From IMG/VR virus record IMGVR_UViG_3300011115_000650: DNA of 64,000 bases, one strand, 5' to 3'. A program made the translations under genes and the position numbers. The notes under the pieces are model-generated. The model was not told the DNA's origin, made no database searches, and was given only the letters and a program-made list of their open reading frames with translations. Positions 18,759-29,188 of this stretch are shown in pieces. Source of the DNA: a virus. The first letter of the stretch is position 1; each line of letters begins with the position of its first letter.

Positions 18759-21700
18759 TATAATTGTGTGTATAGGTTTTCAAATATTGTACCTACGTTA
18801 GTTTTTAATTCTGTACTTGCATCGTAAGGTATTATCATAGTCTGTGATACTTCTCCTTCACGTTTTTTATAATCTAGTATAACTGAAGTTTCGTTTGGTT
18901 TAGGTCTTAGTATAGCAAAAGTCTGTCCTAGGTTAAATGAACCGGTATCAATGTTCGGTACGACTTTTATCTGTTCTCCGGGGTTTAGTATCGTAAATAC
19001 AGCTGGAGTTGATATTGAACTTATAACAGTTTTATTAACTGCTAATGTATAACTTATATATCCGCTAGGAGGTGCGTTACCTATAGCTCCTATTGCATAG
19101 CCTAACACGGTGACGTTTGAAACGTCGTAAGTCCCGCCTGTTGTACCTGTTACATTAAATAAAGTACCTACACTAAAGTATTTTTCGAAATTAAAAGTCT
19201 GCGGTACTGTAATGGCTATAAAATTAGTAGCTCCACCTGTACCTGTTGTTGAATTTAAAAATAGAAACCCGTATACTATTGCTTGAAAGAAGTATGTAAA
19301 GCCGGCAGTAGGATCTAGGTGATCGAAATAGCAATCGTAAGGGGTGTATGTTGTAATTGCAGTCTCAACTTCTGTAACTGTGTAATACTTTGATTTTAAA
19401 GATTCAAATGGACCTACTCTTATTAAGTCGTATGGCTGTATACTAAAGCGATCTACTACCGGTGTATAGAAGTCTTGATTACTAGACGATGGGAAAAATG
19501 TTGATGCTGATAAGAAGTATTCATTCAGGTTTGATGTAAATCTTATAGTATCAGCTGACCCTGTTACGAATAACGGCTGTGTTGACTCTAATCGTTTGAT
19601 GTAGTAATCAGTCGTTTTTGCTGATAAGTCATCTGTTAGCTGGAAATATCCTTGGCGGTTATTGTCTACGATATAATCGTTTGCAACAGCGGAGTAGTAA
19701 TCTGCACCCTGCGGAATAGCTCCATTAATGAAGAAGTAGAATTTACTAGCTCCTGCTCCGGCGGCATTATTATAATAGGGGTTGTTGTAGCGTCCGAAAA
19801 TATCTGATAGGTCTATTATAAAATATCTTAACCTTAGTACCTGGTCTTGGTTTAGTATAATTCCTGATTTTTTAAGATTCGCTGATAGTATCACTTGGCC
19901 GGGGTCATCATCAAAAAGTATTGCATTGTAGGTTGATTCTACGTAGTATTTAACAGGTCCCGCTTTATATTCTAAATCTAACTCTGTTGCATCTACATAC
20001 TCCCAATCATTAGATTTAGCATTAGTAGCCTTTTCTAGGATTGCAAAGAATTTTACACCTGCACACTGTGGATTCAGGTTATCTGCACCTGCAAATCCTA
20101 TAGGTATGTGAATATCTACGGAGTATTGAGAAGATCTAGGGGCTTTGTATACATATGGTTGAGATGTCCCCGGTGGTATATTATATAGCGTATTAACTGT
20201 CGGTTCAGTATTAAATCCTGGGTCAGTAGTTTTATTAAATAGAACTACACCTCTCAGTTCATAAACATACTGTTGACTTGTAACATATCGGTTAGGTAGT
20301 GTTTGTGCAGCGGTATTCCCTGGATCTATTACATTATTTATTTTGTTATTAGTTGGTATATTACTACCTGTAATATAGCCTGCTTGCCAAATTGTATACG
20401 GTATTGCTAAAGAAGCGAAGGAGTAGTTCGTATTTACAGCACTACCTATAAAATTTAGGTACCTCCCGTATTGTCCTGAGTTATTTGTATTTCCATTATT
20501 TGTAATAATTACATTACGGGCCGAAGCATCACCCATCTGCATACCGAAAATATTTTCAGCTATAGCTTTAATTCCTATATTAGTTAAAGAGGAACTATAC
20601 GGTGCATCGAATCTAAAATACAGTGGTTCGTTATTCTCTCTGAATAAAATAGGGTCGAATGAATACCCTCCTCTCCATATTGTCTTTACTCCATCTAAAG
20701 CTACCTGATTGGTAGGTACGGTTACGTTTGATACTGATACTTTTACAGGATCTCCAGATCTAAATATATTCTGTACTTCAAATAGATTGGTGTTATTAGC
20801 TGATAGCTCTAAGACATTACTATCTTGATCTACTAGGTACTTTAAATTAACGGTTGTCTTATCGTAAAAGTTTTTACTTACTGAAGGTATATTACTTACC
20901 CATCCTAGTTTGTAACTATTATGATCGATAGCAGCTGTACTACCGTAGGATTGATCTCCTCCCCACGTTGCAGATTGACTACTGTACGTATTATAAGTTA
21001 GACTAACTACTTTAGAGCCACTGTATCTTGAATTAGTTCTAGCATAGCTATAATAATTGTAATCGTTAATATCTGAGAAAGGCCAGTATATGCTATCTAA
21101 TCCTGTATAGGTTGGATTGGCACTCCTTGATGGATACAAAGCTAGAGCTCCTGTGATTAATCCACTATTTACCGGTATTATTATATTTGAACTATAATCT
21201 GTTTCTAGGAATCTAGTCGATCTTCTACTACCGGTTACGTTATTGAATAATGCACCTAAGGAATAGGTCGTAAAGATAGCTAGACCGGTGCTAATTGATG
21301 ATGTCCAAGGGTAGTTAATCGATGAAACTTCAGTATTTGTAAATGTACCGTTATTGGTAACTGGTATAGTCGTACCGCTAAATTCACCCGTAAATGGTTC
21401 ACTTAGATCGGTTTTAATCGATGTAATTGTACCTAGAGATGTTACTAGAGATTGAGTGAAAGAAGTATTTAGGTACATAGCTTCCGGATTTGAACCCGTT
21501 ACTATGACCATGTCTATTGATCCACTAGACTCATTACTAAACTCCCAGGTAGGTTCGTGTCTTGGATACTTGGGTCTCTCTAAGATATGTGGTTTGATTA
21601 TGATACCTGTTGATAGATTTGCTCTCGCAGGTACGAAATCCTTTATCATCTTAAATAAAGAGTTATCGTAGAACTTGACTAGGTTCATGAAATCCCATAA

Positions 21701-24700
21701 TGTAAATTTGCTAATATACTTTTGGAAGTACGTCTTCCTTAGATTGTTTAAATCTACATACTCCGTTTCATACGCATCACTAGGTTTACCAATATAGTCG
21801 TCGATATTAAAATAGCCTAACTGATCTGTTATATCTGCATCCACTAAATCGTTAGGTGAGAATCCAACTTCTAGATCGGCAGAATTCTTGCTAATATCTG
21901 GATCGAATCTTTGAACGCTTACATAAGGTGATAATACAGTCTCTGGTAGATCGTTTAGCTGAGGTATAAATAACTTATTATTAACTTTTTGGTTGACTCC
22001 AGTTGATGGTGAAGATACTAGATCCGCTATCACAAATGGAGTAAATGTTCTCGTACTTCCACTACTAAATAAACCGTAACTTATCGACTTACTCGCACTC
22101 ACAAAAGATCCGATACCATTCACTATTCGACTTGTATACGGTACTGTAAATGATCCTGTAATTGAAGGGTGGTAGGAAGTCAGGACTGCGTTTTGATCTA
22201 CCTCACTAAACCCTAGTTGATAATATTGATAATCCTTAGGATTTAGCGTTAAACTCGCCGAAGTTAAGTAAGGTACGTTTAGGTTATTTCCCAACGGGAT
22301 TCTAAGGGATAACTCATATAACGACGATGTTATCGTATTGCCTCTATATGAGATAGAGTTTTGAACGTGTTCATCAAAAGCTGACTCCTGTAATGGTGTA
22401 TTCCAGTATCTAAATTCTTGGAAATAGCCTTGGAATGTTGTTCCTAGAGGACATAAACTACTCGTTTGGTTGATAGGTCCTCCTAAATATCCACAGAATA
22501 GATTTGCTAGTGAAGACGTATTAACTGTATTCCAGTTCGAATTATAGCTAGCCGATAGAGATCCATTTACAGTAATGCTTTGAGAGGCTTCATAAGTAAT
22601 CTCTCCGTTACCTTCCTCGTTATAGGCTGCTCCTTTAACATATACCCAGTACGTATTAGAGGTTTGGCTATTAGATCCTGCAAAGTTTCCTGTATCTCTT
22701 CTCATCATTACTGTCCACCATTGTTCAGAATCGAAGAATGGTAGGGTGATAGGTGTAGTAGATGCATAAGTAGTTCCTAATGAACCTGATTGTAGTTTAA
22801 ATACGAGATTACCGTTATTTTGTAATGAACTAGATGCTACTGCTGAAGCAGAGTTATAGGTTAGTTGTAAACCAAATAATGTCTTAGCAGTACCTCCTCT
22901 ATTAACTTCGAAGATAGATTGTGAGATATGTGCAGAATCTGGGATACCTGTTGTCTTAAATCTAAATTCAATCGTATCTGGTACGATACTACTACTTCCT
23001 ACACTCTGATAGTAATAGTCTTGACCTGCCCAAGGCATGGCTAAGTTCATACTACCTGTATTACGGTAGGCTAATGAGTATCTATCCTGTACTAGATCTG
23101 GTGTTGCTGCTAATTTATCTGAACCACCGAATTCTGTGATCTTTAACATTGTGTCCGGTATACCGTAACAGTTTATCAAAGCTCTCAAACCTCTTGTCGT
23201 ACCTCTAGTCTTTAGTAGGTATGGTAGGTTGTGGTAGATTCTCTTATAATACTCTAGAGTAATGTCGTTACCCGGTATCGTAGGTTTTAGGTCGTAGTCT
23301 AGTACATAGTAGTTAGGGTCTGTATATCCTATATAGACATAAGGTCCTGTAGGATTGTAAGCGATATAGTAAGATGCACTCACAGATCCTGTTGGTGCTA
23401 ATAAACTTCCGTCAGGATCGATTCCTAGTGTTGAGTAGTAGAGGTTATCTGATATACTCGTATTGGTATATAGGTTGATACCCATTGATTTTAGAGCCTC
23501 TCCTACCAAGTCTTTTGAAATACCTTTGGTTAATTTATTCTCTGCATTAAATCTTTCACTAACGTCTTTGTAGTAGATCCAGATATTATCGAAGTGTTGG
23601 CCTACCATGTTTAAGAAAGTCTCGTAAGGTAGGTTATTCTCATCCTCTCTTAGATAAGCCGGGATTGTATTTAAGAATAAGTCTTTATTATCTGAATCGT
23701 AGATTGATGCTGAATATAGCATACCGTAACCTGCATCAGCATTTCCTAGCCAAGATAAAGCTTGAGATGATGTTACAGAGTATAGGGTATATGGCGGGAA
23801 ATCACTTGATTTAGGCCATGCCGTCGGTTCGTTTTCGTAGTAAAGATAGTATTCATACCCATCAAACTTCTCTATGATATTGTTGATCTGCTGTTGAAGC
23901 AAGTAAATACTTCCAGATGTGATTGCATTACTACCTACTACGTTTGTAGTTAAATTTGCAATATCGGCATTGAATTTCTCAATCAAGCTTAACTTGTAAG
24001 CAAAATTGTAGATACGTTCTTGTACAGATGAAAAGTGACTGAAGTTTGAAAAATTGCTATAGTCTACATTTATATCTAATCCTTTTTCATCCATCATACT
24101 CCTAATCTGCTGATAGAGTGATGATGATGAGTTAGATCCTGAGGTTACAAATAAGCTATTAAAATTATATAAAGGTGTTGTCTGGCTAACTCTTTCTGCA
24201 AGCCCTAGATTAAAATTAGGCCCTCTTAGGTTGTTTAGCTCTACAGTCTGCTCTGCAGTAATATCGATTGTGACCTGGTATTTTACTGAATCGCTTAACT
24301 GTTCTACAATCCAAAAAGTATCTTTTAGAGATAAGTTATCCGGTAGTGGTTCGTATAATTTTATAAGTAAACACGCTTCACCGTCCTGGACTGTAAATAA
24401 AACATTTACTCCAATTAGTACGTTATTATCTCCAAAATTTAAGTAAAAGTCAGGGTAATAGGCTTTAAGTTGAGCTTGGTTATCAAAGTCTTGAAACGTT
24501 TGTTGAAGTTCTTGATTTGATAAATCTTGCCTAGAAATCCTTAGCTCCGTTCTATCTCCCGATATCTCTTTGATCCAGAATCTATTTGTAAAATCGCTTC
24601 TAAATATGTTTCTAAAGAAGTTATAGGTTATTTCAACCGAACCTCTATCATAGCCATTTAGCTTAACATCTGCTTCAGGATTGATCTCTAGAGCGGTATA

Positions 24701-24922
24701 ATTACCGGTTACGGGATCGGGGTTAACAGGTGTGTAATTCTTTTCAAAATAGTTAGCAGACAGTAAATTTCCATTCAAATCATAAATGAAATACTCTACG
24801 TAGTCACTTGGTGATCCGAAGGGAGTTGATACTGTTGAGGTATTAATCAAAGAAACATCCTTGTCAGCGTATTGTTGATAATCGGATGTATTGCCTAAAA
24901 AATCTATGTTAACTATTTCCAT
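18758..24922 (-). CDS. Large baseplate/tail structural protein with LamG-like segment
   Basis: 2054 aa; YLLKTRGTTRGLRALINCYG baseplate-like motif; TIEFRFKT...FQGYFQEFRYW. Confidence 0.65.
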   Translation of the reverse strand: MEIVNIDFLGNTSDYQQYADKDVSLINTSTVSTPFGSPSDYVEYFIYDLNGNLLSANYFEKNYTPVNPDPVTGNYTALEINPEADVKLNGYDRGSVEITYNFFRNIFRSDFTNRFWIKEISGDRTELRISRQDLSNQELQQTFQDFDNQAQLKAYYPDFYLNFGDNNVLIGVNVLFTVQDGEACLLIKLYEPLPDNLSLKDTFWIVEQLSDSVKYQVTIDITAEQTVELNNLRGPNFNLGLAERVSQTTPLYNFNSLFVTSGSNSSSSLYQQIRSMMDEKGLDINVDYSNFSNFSHFSSVQERIYNFAYKLSLIEKFNADIANLTTNVVGSNAITSGSIYLLQQQINNIIEKFDGYEYYLYYENEPTAWPKSSDFPPYTLYSVTSSQALSWLGNADAGYGMLYSASIYDSDNKDLFLNTIPAYLREDENNLPYETFLNMVGQHFDNIWIYYKDVSERFNAENKLTKGISKDLVGEALKSMGINLYTNTSISDNLYYSTLGIDPDGSLLAPTGSVSASYYIAYNPTGPYVYIGYTDPNYYVLDYDLKPTIPGNDITLEYYKRIYHNLPYLLKTRGTTRGLRALINCYGIPDTMLKITEFGGSDKLAATPDLVQDRYSLAYRNTGSMNLAMPWAGQDYYYQSVGSSSIVPDTIEFRFKTTGIPDSAHISQSIFEVNRGGTAKTLFGLQLTYNSASAVASSSLQNNGNLVFKLQSGSLGTTYASTTPITLPFFDSEQWWTVMMRRDTGNFAGSNSQTSNTYWVYVKGAAYNEEGNGEITYEASQSITVNGSLSASYNSNWNTVNTSSLANLFCGYLGGPINQTSSLCPLGTTFQGYFQEFRYWNTPLQESAFDEHVQNSISYRGNTITSSLYELSLRIPLGNNLNVPYLTSASLTLNPKDYQYYQLGFSEVDQNAVLTSYHPSITGSFTVPYTSRIVNGIGSFVSASKSISYGLFSSGSTRTFTPFVIADLVSSPSTGVNQKVNNKLFIPQLNDLPETVLSPYVSVQRFDPDISKNSADLEVGFSPNDLVDADITDQLGYFNIDDYIGKPSDAYETEYVDLNNLRKTYFQKYISKFTLWDFMNLVKFYDNSLFKMIKDFVPARANLSTGIIIKPHILERPKYPRHEPTWEFSNESSGSIDMVIVTGSNPEAMYLNTSFTQSLVTSLGTITSIKTDLSEPFTGEFSGTTIPVTNNGTFTNTEVSSINYPWTSSISTGLAIFTTYSLGALFNNVTGSRRSTRFLETDYSSNIIIPVNSGLITGALALYPSRSANPTYTGLDSIYWPFSDINDYNYYSYARTNSRYSGSKVVSLTYNTYSSQSATWGGDQSYGSTAAIDHNSYKLGWVSNIPSVSKNFYDKTTVNLKYLVDQDSNVLELSANNTNLFEVQNIFRSGDPVKVSVSNVTVPTNQVALDGVKTIWRGGYSFDPILFRENNEPLYFRFDAPYSSSLTNIGIKAIAENIFGMQMGDASARNVIITNNGNTNNSGQYGRYLNFIGSAVNTNYSFASLAIPYTIWQAGYITGSNIPTNNKINNVIDPGNTAAQTLPNRYVTSQQYVYELRGVVLFNKTTDPGFNTEPTVNTLYNIPPGTSQPYVYKAPRSSQYSVDIHIPIGFAGADNLNPQCAGVKFFAILEKATNAKSNDWEYVDATELDLEYKAGPVKYYVESTYNAILFDDDPGQVILSANLKKSGIILNQDQVLRLRYFIIDLSDIFGRYNNPYYNNAAGAGASKFYFFINGAIPQGADYYSAVANDYIVDNNRQGYFQLTDDLSAKTTDYYIKRLESTQPLFVTGSADTIRFTSNLNEYFLSASTFFPSSSNQDFYTPVVDRFSIQPYDLIRVGPFESLKSKYYTVTEVETAITTYTPYDCYFDHLDPTAGFTYFFQAIVYGFLFLNSTTGTGGATNFIAITVPQTFNFEKYFSVGTLFNVTGTTGGTYDVSNVTVLGYAIGAIGNAPPSGYISYTLAVNKTVISSISTPAVFTILNPGEQIKVVPNIDTGSFNLGQTFAILRPKPNETSVILDYKKREGEVSQTMIIPYDASTELKTNVGTIFENLYTQL

Positions 24923-25263
24923 TATACTGTTAATGAGCTTATGTCTATGATGCTTTTATTAGCGTCAAGTAATTGTTGTCTTAAACTATTGATCTCTTCA
25001 ATCAATGCTTTTTCGTTATCTGTTAATACCTCTCCGCCTATATACTCACTACTTCTTTTAACTAAGTATTCATGTGAATTTATATCGCCTGTGATAGGTA
25101 TTTGGAAGAATAATTCATCGTATAATTCAAAGAATCTATCAACGGTTACAGGTGCTTGAACAGGTTCTGTTGGTGCAACCAATTCCTTAAACTGAGTATC
25201 TATCACTCTAGTATAGGTGGCTGTGCCGTAGACTTGCTTGGATAAATTTACCTGCTCTACCAT
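24922..25263 (-). CDS. Hypothetical structural-module protein
   Basis: 113-aa ORF coupled to its neighbour. Confidence 0.55.
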   Translation of the reverse strand: MVEQVNLSKQVYGTATYTRVIDTQFKELVAPTEPVQAPVTVDRFFELYDELFFQIPITGDINSHEYLVKRSSEYIGGEVLTDNEKALIEEINSLRQQLLDANKSIIDISSLTV

Positions 25264-25264
25264 T

Positions 25265-26362
25265 TTATCTTATTACTTTAAATATAATATTGTTGTCTAA
25301 AATTACTTCTTCGTTACTACCTGTCAGTACTGCTTTTACCAGTACTTTATATGATCTTTCTGGTTGTAATCCGTTGGTATAGAGTACGAAATAGTTTCCT
25401 GAACTATCAGCACTCAACTTTGTATAGGTAGTATCGAAATCTACTATCGTCTCCTTAGTCTTATAATCTTGTATTGACCAATAACTTGTTTGAGGTAGAT
25501 ATTTCCAGTTTAAATACTCCGATCCTGTACCAAAATTCCTAACCGGGAATCTATCTCTAGCTTTAAATTTCATTCTGTACCTGTTGCCTTCTTTAAAATC
25601 CCCAGGGTTATTTTCAGCTAGTAAAACAAAATCATCTGCCGTTATAGTTGCTACTCCGCTACTGGTAACGTAGATAGAATCGTCCCATTTCATTTCTAGG
25701 CAAGGCGGATAAATAGTATGTGTATCGAAAGAGAAGAATTTAGTTTCTAGTGATGAACTAGGATTTAATTCTAGAGATCCAGTTAGTTTAAGAAGTAATC
25801 CGTAATTTGGAATTGAACCTGAAAACCATTTATCTGCTATCGATGTTACATCTAGGTTTAGATCTTTGTCTGAAATGTAATTAAAAGACTGTGAACCTGA
25901 ATAAGTACTATTCCATGTACCTCCACCTGTCGTATATAAATAGCTGTGACTACCACTTAGTGGGTTCCAAACTGCAGATTGACCATAAGCTCCTACTGAG
26001 GACCAACAAACTCCGTTTAAAGGGTTTGGTACATCAGCAAACTTACCTGTACCCATCGTCCAGCTTTCTGAAACCGGGTAGCATTCTATTGTATAGTTTT
26101 GAGGTAGAGCTGAAGCATAGGCTAGATACATCTTTAGACTCACCTGGAAAGATCCTGTTCTAAATCCTTTAATGGTTGCGATATCTTGATCGGAAAACGC
26201 TATTACGGTTCTCCTAATATCATCTAGTCCCGTTGCTACTCCAATAGCATTATTACTATTGATTGAAGAGATTTCTAGAATCTCATCAAGGCCTGCATTA
26301 GCGGTAGGTGAGCTAGAGTAAAGAGTTGCGTCTTTTTCAGGAAATATTTTATATACTGACAT
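25265..26362 (-). CDS. Structural protein with DNRLRE-like beta domain
   Basis: KDATLYS...NAGLDEILEI; DVTSI...W...NYGLLLK; P.LE..WDD. Confidence 0.55.
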   Translation of the reverse strand: MSVYKIFPEKDATLYSSSPTANAGLDEILEISSINSNNAIGVATGLDDIRRTVIAFSDQDIATIKGFRTGSFQVSLKMYLAYASALPQNYTIECYPVSESWTMGTGKFADVPNPLNGVCWSSVGAYGQSAVWNPLSGSHSYLYTTGGGTWNSTYSGSQSFNYISDKDLNLDVTSIADKWFSGSIPNYGLLLKLTGSLELNPSSSLETKFFSFDTHTIYPPCLEMKWDDSIYVTSSGVATITADDFVLLAENNPGDFKEGNRYRMKFKARDRFPVRNFGTGSEYLNWKYLPQTSYWSIQDYKTKETIVDFDTTYTKLSADSSGNYFVLYTNGLQPERSYKVLVKAVLTGSNEEVILDNNIIFKVIR

Positions 26363-26378
26363 GTCTTTATTTTTTATC

Positions 26379-28268
26379 TTAATATGTAACTACTCTACCT
26401 TGGATATCTGTAGAAGGATACTTAACTTCAAAGATTGAAGGATCTAATGAAGGGTAGATAACTCCTTTCAACGTTGCTGCTGTGATATCGTAAGCGTATT
26501 TAGAATATCCTAATGATTCACCTGTATTATTTGTAATATTTACTTTCTGTACTGTTTGCACACCTTGTATTTGGTCTATTAGCGTATAGATTTCTGATAT
26601 TATGATTGGTTGATTAATTTGCCATTTATCGATATTAAAGTAATCTTGAACTGCTAAGATGCATTGTGCTAATACGTCTCTACTAGCATAGTTGGGTCTT
26701 AATATAACATCAAATGATACTCCAATATTGATTACATAAGCACTCTTTAGATTTATAGCATCTGTTAGCATTCTATACTGAGATAGATATGTTCTAAGAT
26801 TTTGCTGTAATATAAAAGGTGGTTGTATTAAGTTCTTATTAATATCGTAAGCTAGTGTATAGAGAGATGTAGCTAGAGGATCACTTAGAGATTGATCTCC
26901 ACCTGTATCTTGTTTATAGATTACATCATCCTTGGTTACGTATGCCTTAGCAATCTGTCCGAATTTAGAAGGCATATTATATGCAAATCCTAGATAATCC
27001 TGTTGAGTGACAGCTCTCATCTGAGAAGGAAATTGATTTAACGTATTTAATCTCAATTGTTCTATAGTGTCACCGTCCCCACCTCCTACTGCTGGAGTAG
27101 CATTATTGATTGCGACTGATTGTAATATCTGTGCTCCTATTGTATTATTGACAACACCGCCTGTAAAAGATGAATCGTAAGAGATAACTTTTGTTAATTC
27201 GTTAACTGATACGTTAGCTTGAGCTCCACCACCTACTAGGTAGGTTATTGTTAGAGTAGTTCTATTTGGAGCTAACCCGTAAGTCTCCGTTGTTGTAAAG
27301 TTTGCAGGATCATAAGCTACATTATTCTTACTCAGTCCGTCGATTGTACCTAATCCTACATTAGCTACACTAGGTAAGACAGCTTCATCGCTAATCGTAT
27401 TAATACCGGATCCGAATTGTAGTTCTAATGTTTCGTCTGTTTTAAATCTAGTTGCAAATCTTCTAGGCACAGTTCGTAATTCTAAGATATACGGTACAGT
27501 ACCGGCATATGCAGCATAATCTGGATTGATAGCAGGTACATTCTGTACAGCTTTTAAGATAACATCTTGAGCTAGATACGGTACTTCATACCAAATATGT
27601 CCATCGCTGTCTACTACATTAGTTATTTCGATTATGTTAGTATCTTGAATAGTTCTTGTATCAAATTTCTGTGCTGCATCAAAAGTAAATGTTGTAGTTT
27701 TAACTGTTCCAGATAAAGCTTTTGTAGTTTTCTTAGCTAGATAGTACGTTGGTACGTTACCTGAAGTCTGATATACTGAGATATCGGTAGGATCGCTTGA
27801 TGATGAAACGGCGAAGTTTATCTTCTCAGGTACTAGGAAATTAGATACTCCATTAGTATTCGAACCTACTTGCATACCTTCATTAATAATTAAAGCGTAA
27901 TTAAAATCAGGTGCATAATTAACACCGCTACCTGATGCGGGTAATAGTTGGTATACATCTAGATCTACTGTTGCTGCTGATGTTATTTTAGGTCTATACC
28001 CTAACATATACGCCATTGTGAAGAGGTTATCTTTTTGTTTTGCGTACTGTAGAAACGTTTCTTGTAGTTGATTATCAAGGTAAAATGATAATACATCACC
28101 TACATAAGCTGCCATCTCAATGAACATAGTCCCGGGAGAGGCAGTTGAGAAATCGTTATAGGTTGTTGGAAAATATGCTTTAGCATACTCAATCAACGCT
28201 GCTTTAAAATCAGTAAAATCTTTATTAAGATACTTTATATCCTTTGTATTTGTACTATTGCTGGCCAT
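26379..28268 (-). CDS. Baseplate wedge subunit (T4 gp6-like)
   Basis: KDFTDFKAAL..Y...YFP..YNDF; YLVGGGAQAN; GGGDGDT; RAVTQQDY. Confidence 0.85.
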   Translation of the reverse strand: MASNSTNTKDIKYLNKDFTDFKAALIEYAKAYFPTTYNDFSTASPGTMFIEMAAYVGDVLSFYLDNQLQETFLQYAKQKDNLFTMAYMLGYRPKITSAATVDLDVYQLLPASGSGVNYAPDFNYALIINEGMQVGSNTNGVSNFLVPEKINFAVSSSSDPTDISVYQTSGNVPTYYLAKKTTKALSGTVKTTTFTFDAAQKFDTRTIQDTNIIEITNVVDSDGHIWYEVPYLAQDVILKAVQNVPAINPDYAAYAGTVPYILELRTVPRRFATRFKTDETLELQFGSGINTISDEAVLPSVANVGLGTIDGLSKNNVAYDPANFTTTETYGLAPNRTTLTITYLVGGGAQANVSVNELTKVISYDSSFTGGVVNNTIGAQILQSVAINNATPAVGGGDGDTIEQLRLNTLNQFPSQMRAVTQQDYLGFAYNMPSKFGQIAKAYVTKDDVIYKQDTGGDQSLSDPLATSLYTLAYDINKNLIQPPFILQQNLRTYLSQYRMLTDAINLKSAYVINIGVSFDVILRPNYASRDVLAQCILAVQDYFNIDKWQINQPIIISEIYTLIDQIQGVQTVQKVNITNNTGESLGYSKYAYDITAATLKGVIYPSLDPSIFEVKYPSTDIQGRVVTY

Positions 28269-28674
28269 TTGCGAAATTTAAAAATATTTGGTCTAACTGA
28301 CCAGTATTAATTATACTATAACTAAATAGTACGTTAATTGTGTTTTGATCGTATAAAGGTTCTACCTGTACACTAGTTGTCAATACGTTAGGAAAATTAG
28401 CCTCCACCCCTATCCTAATATTAGCTTCTATGGTTGCTATAGTATCGTCGGTGATCTGTTCAAATAACTGCTCTCTTAACCCAGCACCAAAGGTAGGTCT
28501 AAATACTCTCTCTCTTCTACCTGTTAGTAGGAAGTTGATGATATTGTATTTCAACTGTTCCTGGGTTGTAAATACTGAAGTAAATACATTAGGAGCTGAG
28601 AAGGGTATTGCTACTCCGATTGCAGTACTTGGTTTTAAATCAAGTGGGTTTATATTTCCAACTACGTATGCCAT
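28255..28674 (-). CDS. Baseplate wedge subunit (T4 gp25-like)
   Basis: NIINFLLTGRRERVFRPTFGAGL...LFE. Confidence 0.85.
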   Translation of the reverse strand: MAYVVGNINPLDLKPSTAIGVAIPFSAPNVFTSVFTTQEQLKYNIINFLLTGRRERVFRPTFGAGLREQLFEQITDDTIATIEANIRIGVEANFPNVLTTSVQVEPLYDQNTINVLFSYSIINTGQLDQIFLNFANGQQ

Positions 28675-29159
28675 TATATTGCGCCTTTACTTTTTAATGT
28701 TTGCATCATTGCACTAAAGTCCGGTACAGCATCGATATTAACTTGGTGTATATCAGTGACTGGTCCTGTACTTGCTATCATTTCCTGTACCGATTCCACG
28801 ACTTGAGGTTCTGCCATCGACATACCAGATGATTGTTGATACATTTGCGGAAATCCTTGAGCCATTCCTGCATCTGCATTTACGAGTGATCTATACTCAC
28901 TACTATCCATACCGTAAGCTGTTTCATTTAGTAGGTCCATTATAGGATCTCCTGTTGATACCTGTTGTATAGGCTTTCTACTTACAGTAGGTGTTGTTGT
29001 TTTTATACTTTCCTTTAACGTATCAGTATATGTTTTAGTTGGAAGTGTTGTCTTTAGAGGCTGTTTTTTTATCTCTAAAAGAATCGGACGAAGTTCTTCT
29101 TTAAGAACCTGTCTTAACTCCTCTCTTATTAGTTTTCTAAATGCATCTAATTTTGTCAT
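28674..29159 (-). CDS. Hypothetical protein
   Basis: Starts MTKLDAFRKLIREE; late motif upstream. Confidence 0.6.
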   Translation of the reverse strand: MTKLDAFRKLIREELRQVLKEELRPILLEIKKQPLKTTLPTKTYTDTLKESIKTTTPTVSRKPIQQVSTGDPIMDLLNETAYGMDSSEYRSLVNADAGMAQGFPQMYQQSSGMSMAEPQVVESVQEMIASTGPVTDIHQVNIDAVPDFSAMMQTLKSKGAI

Positions 29160-29188
29160 ATGTTTATAAATATTTTTAAATCCTAAAT

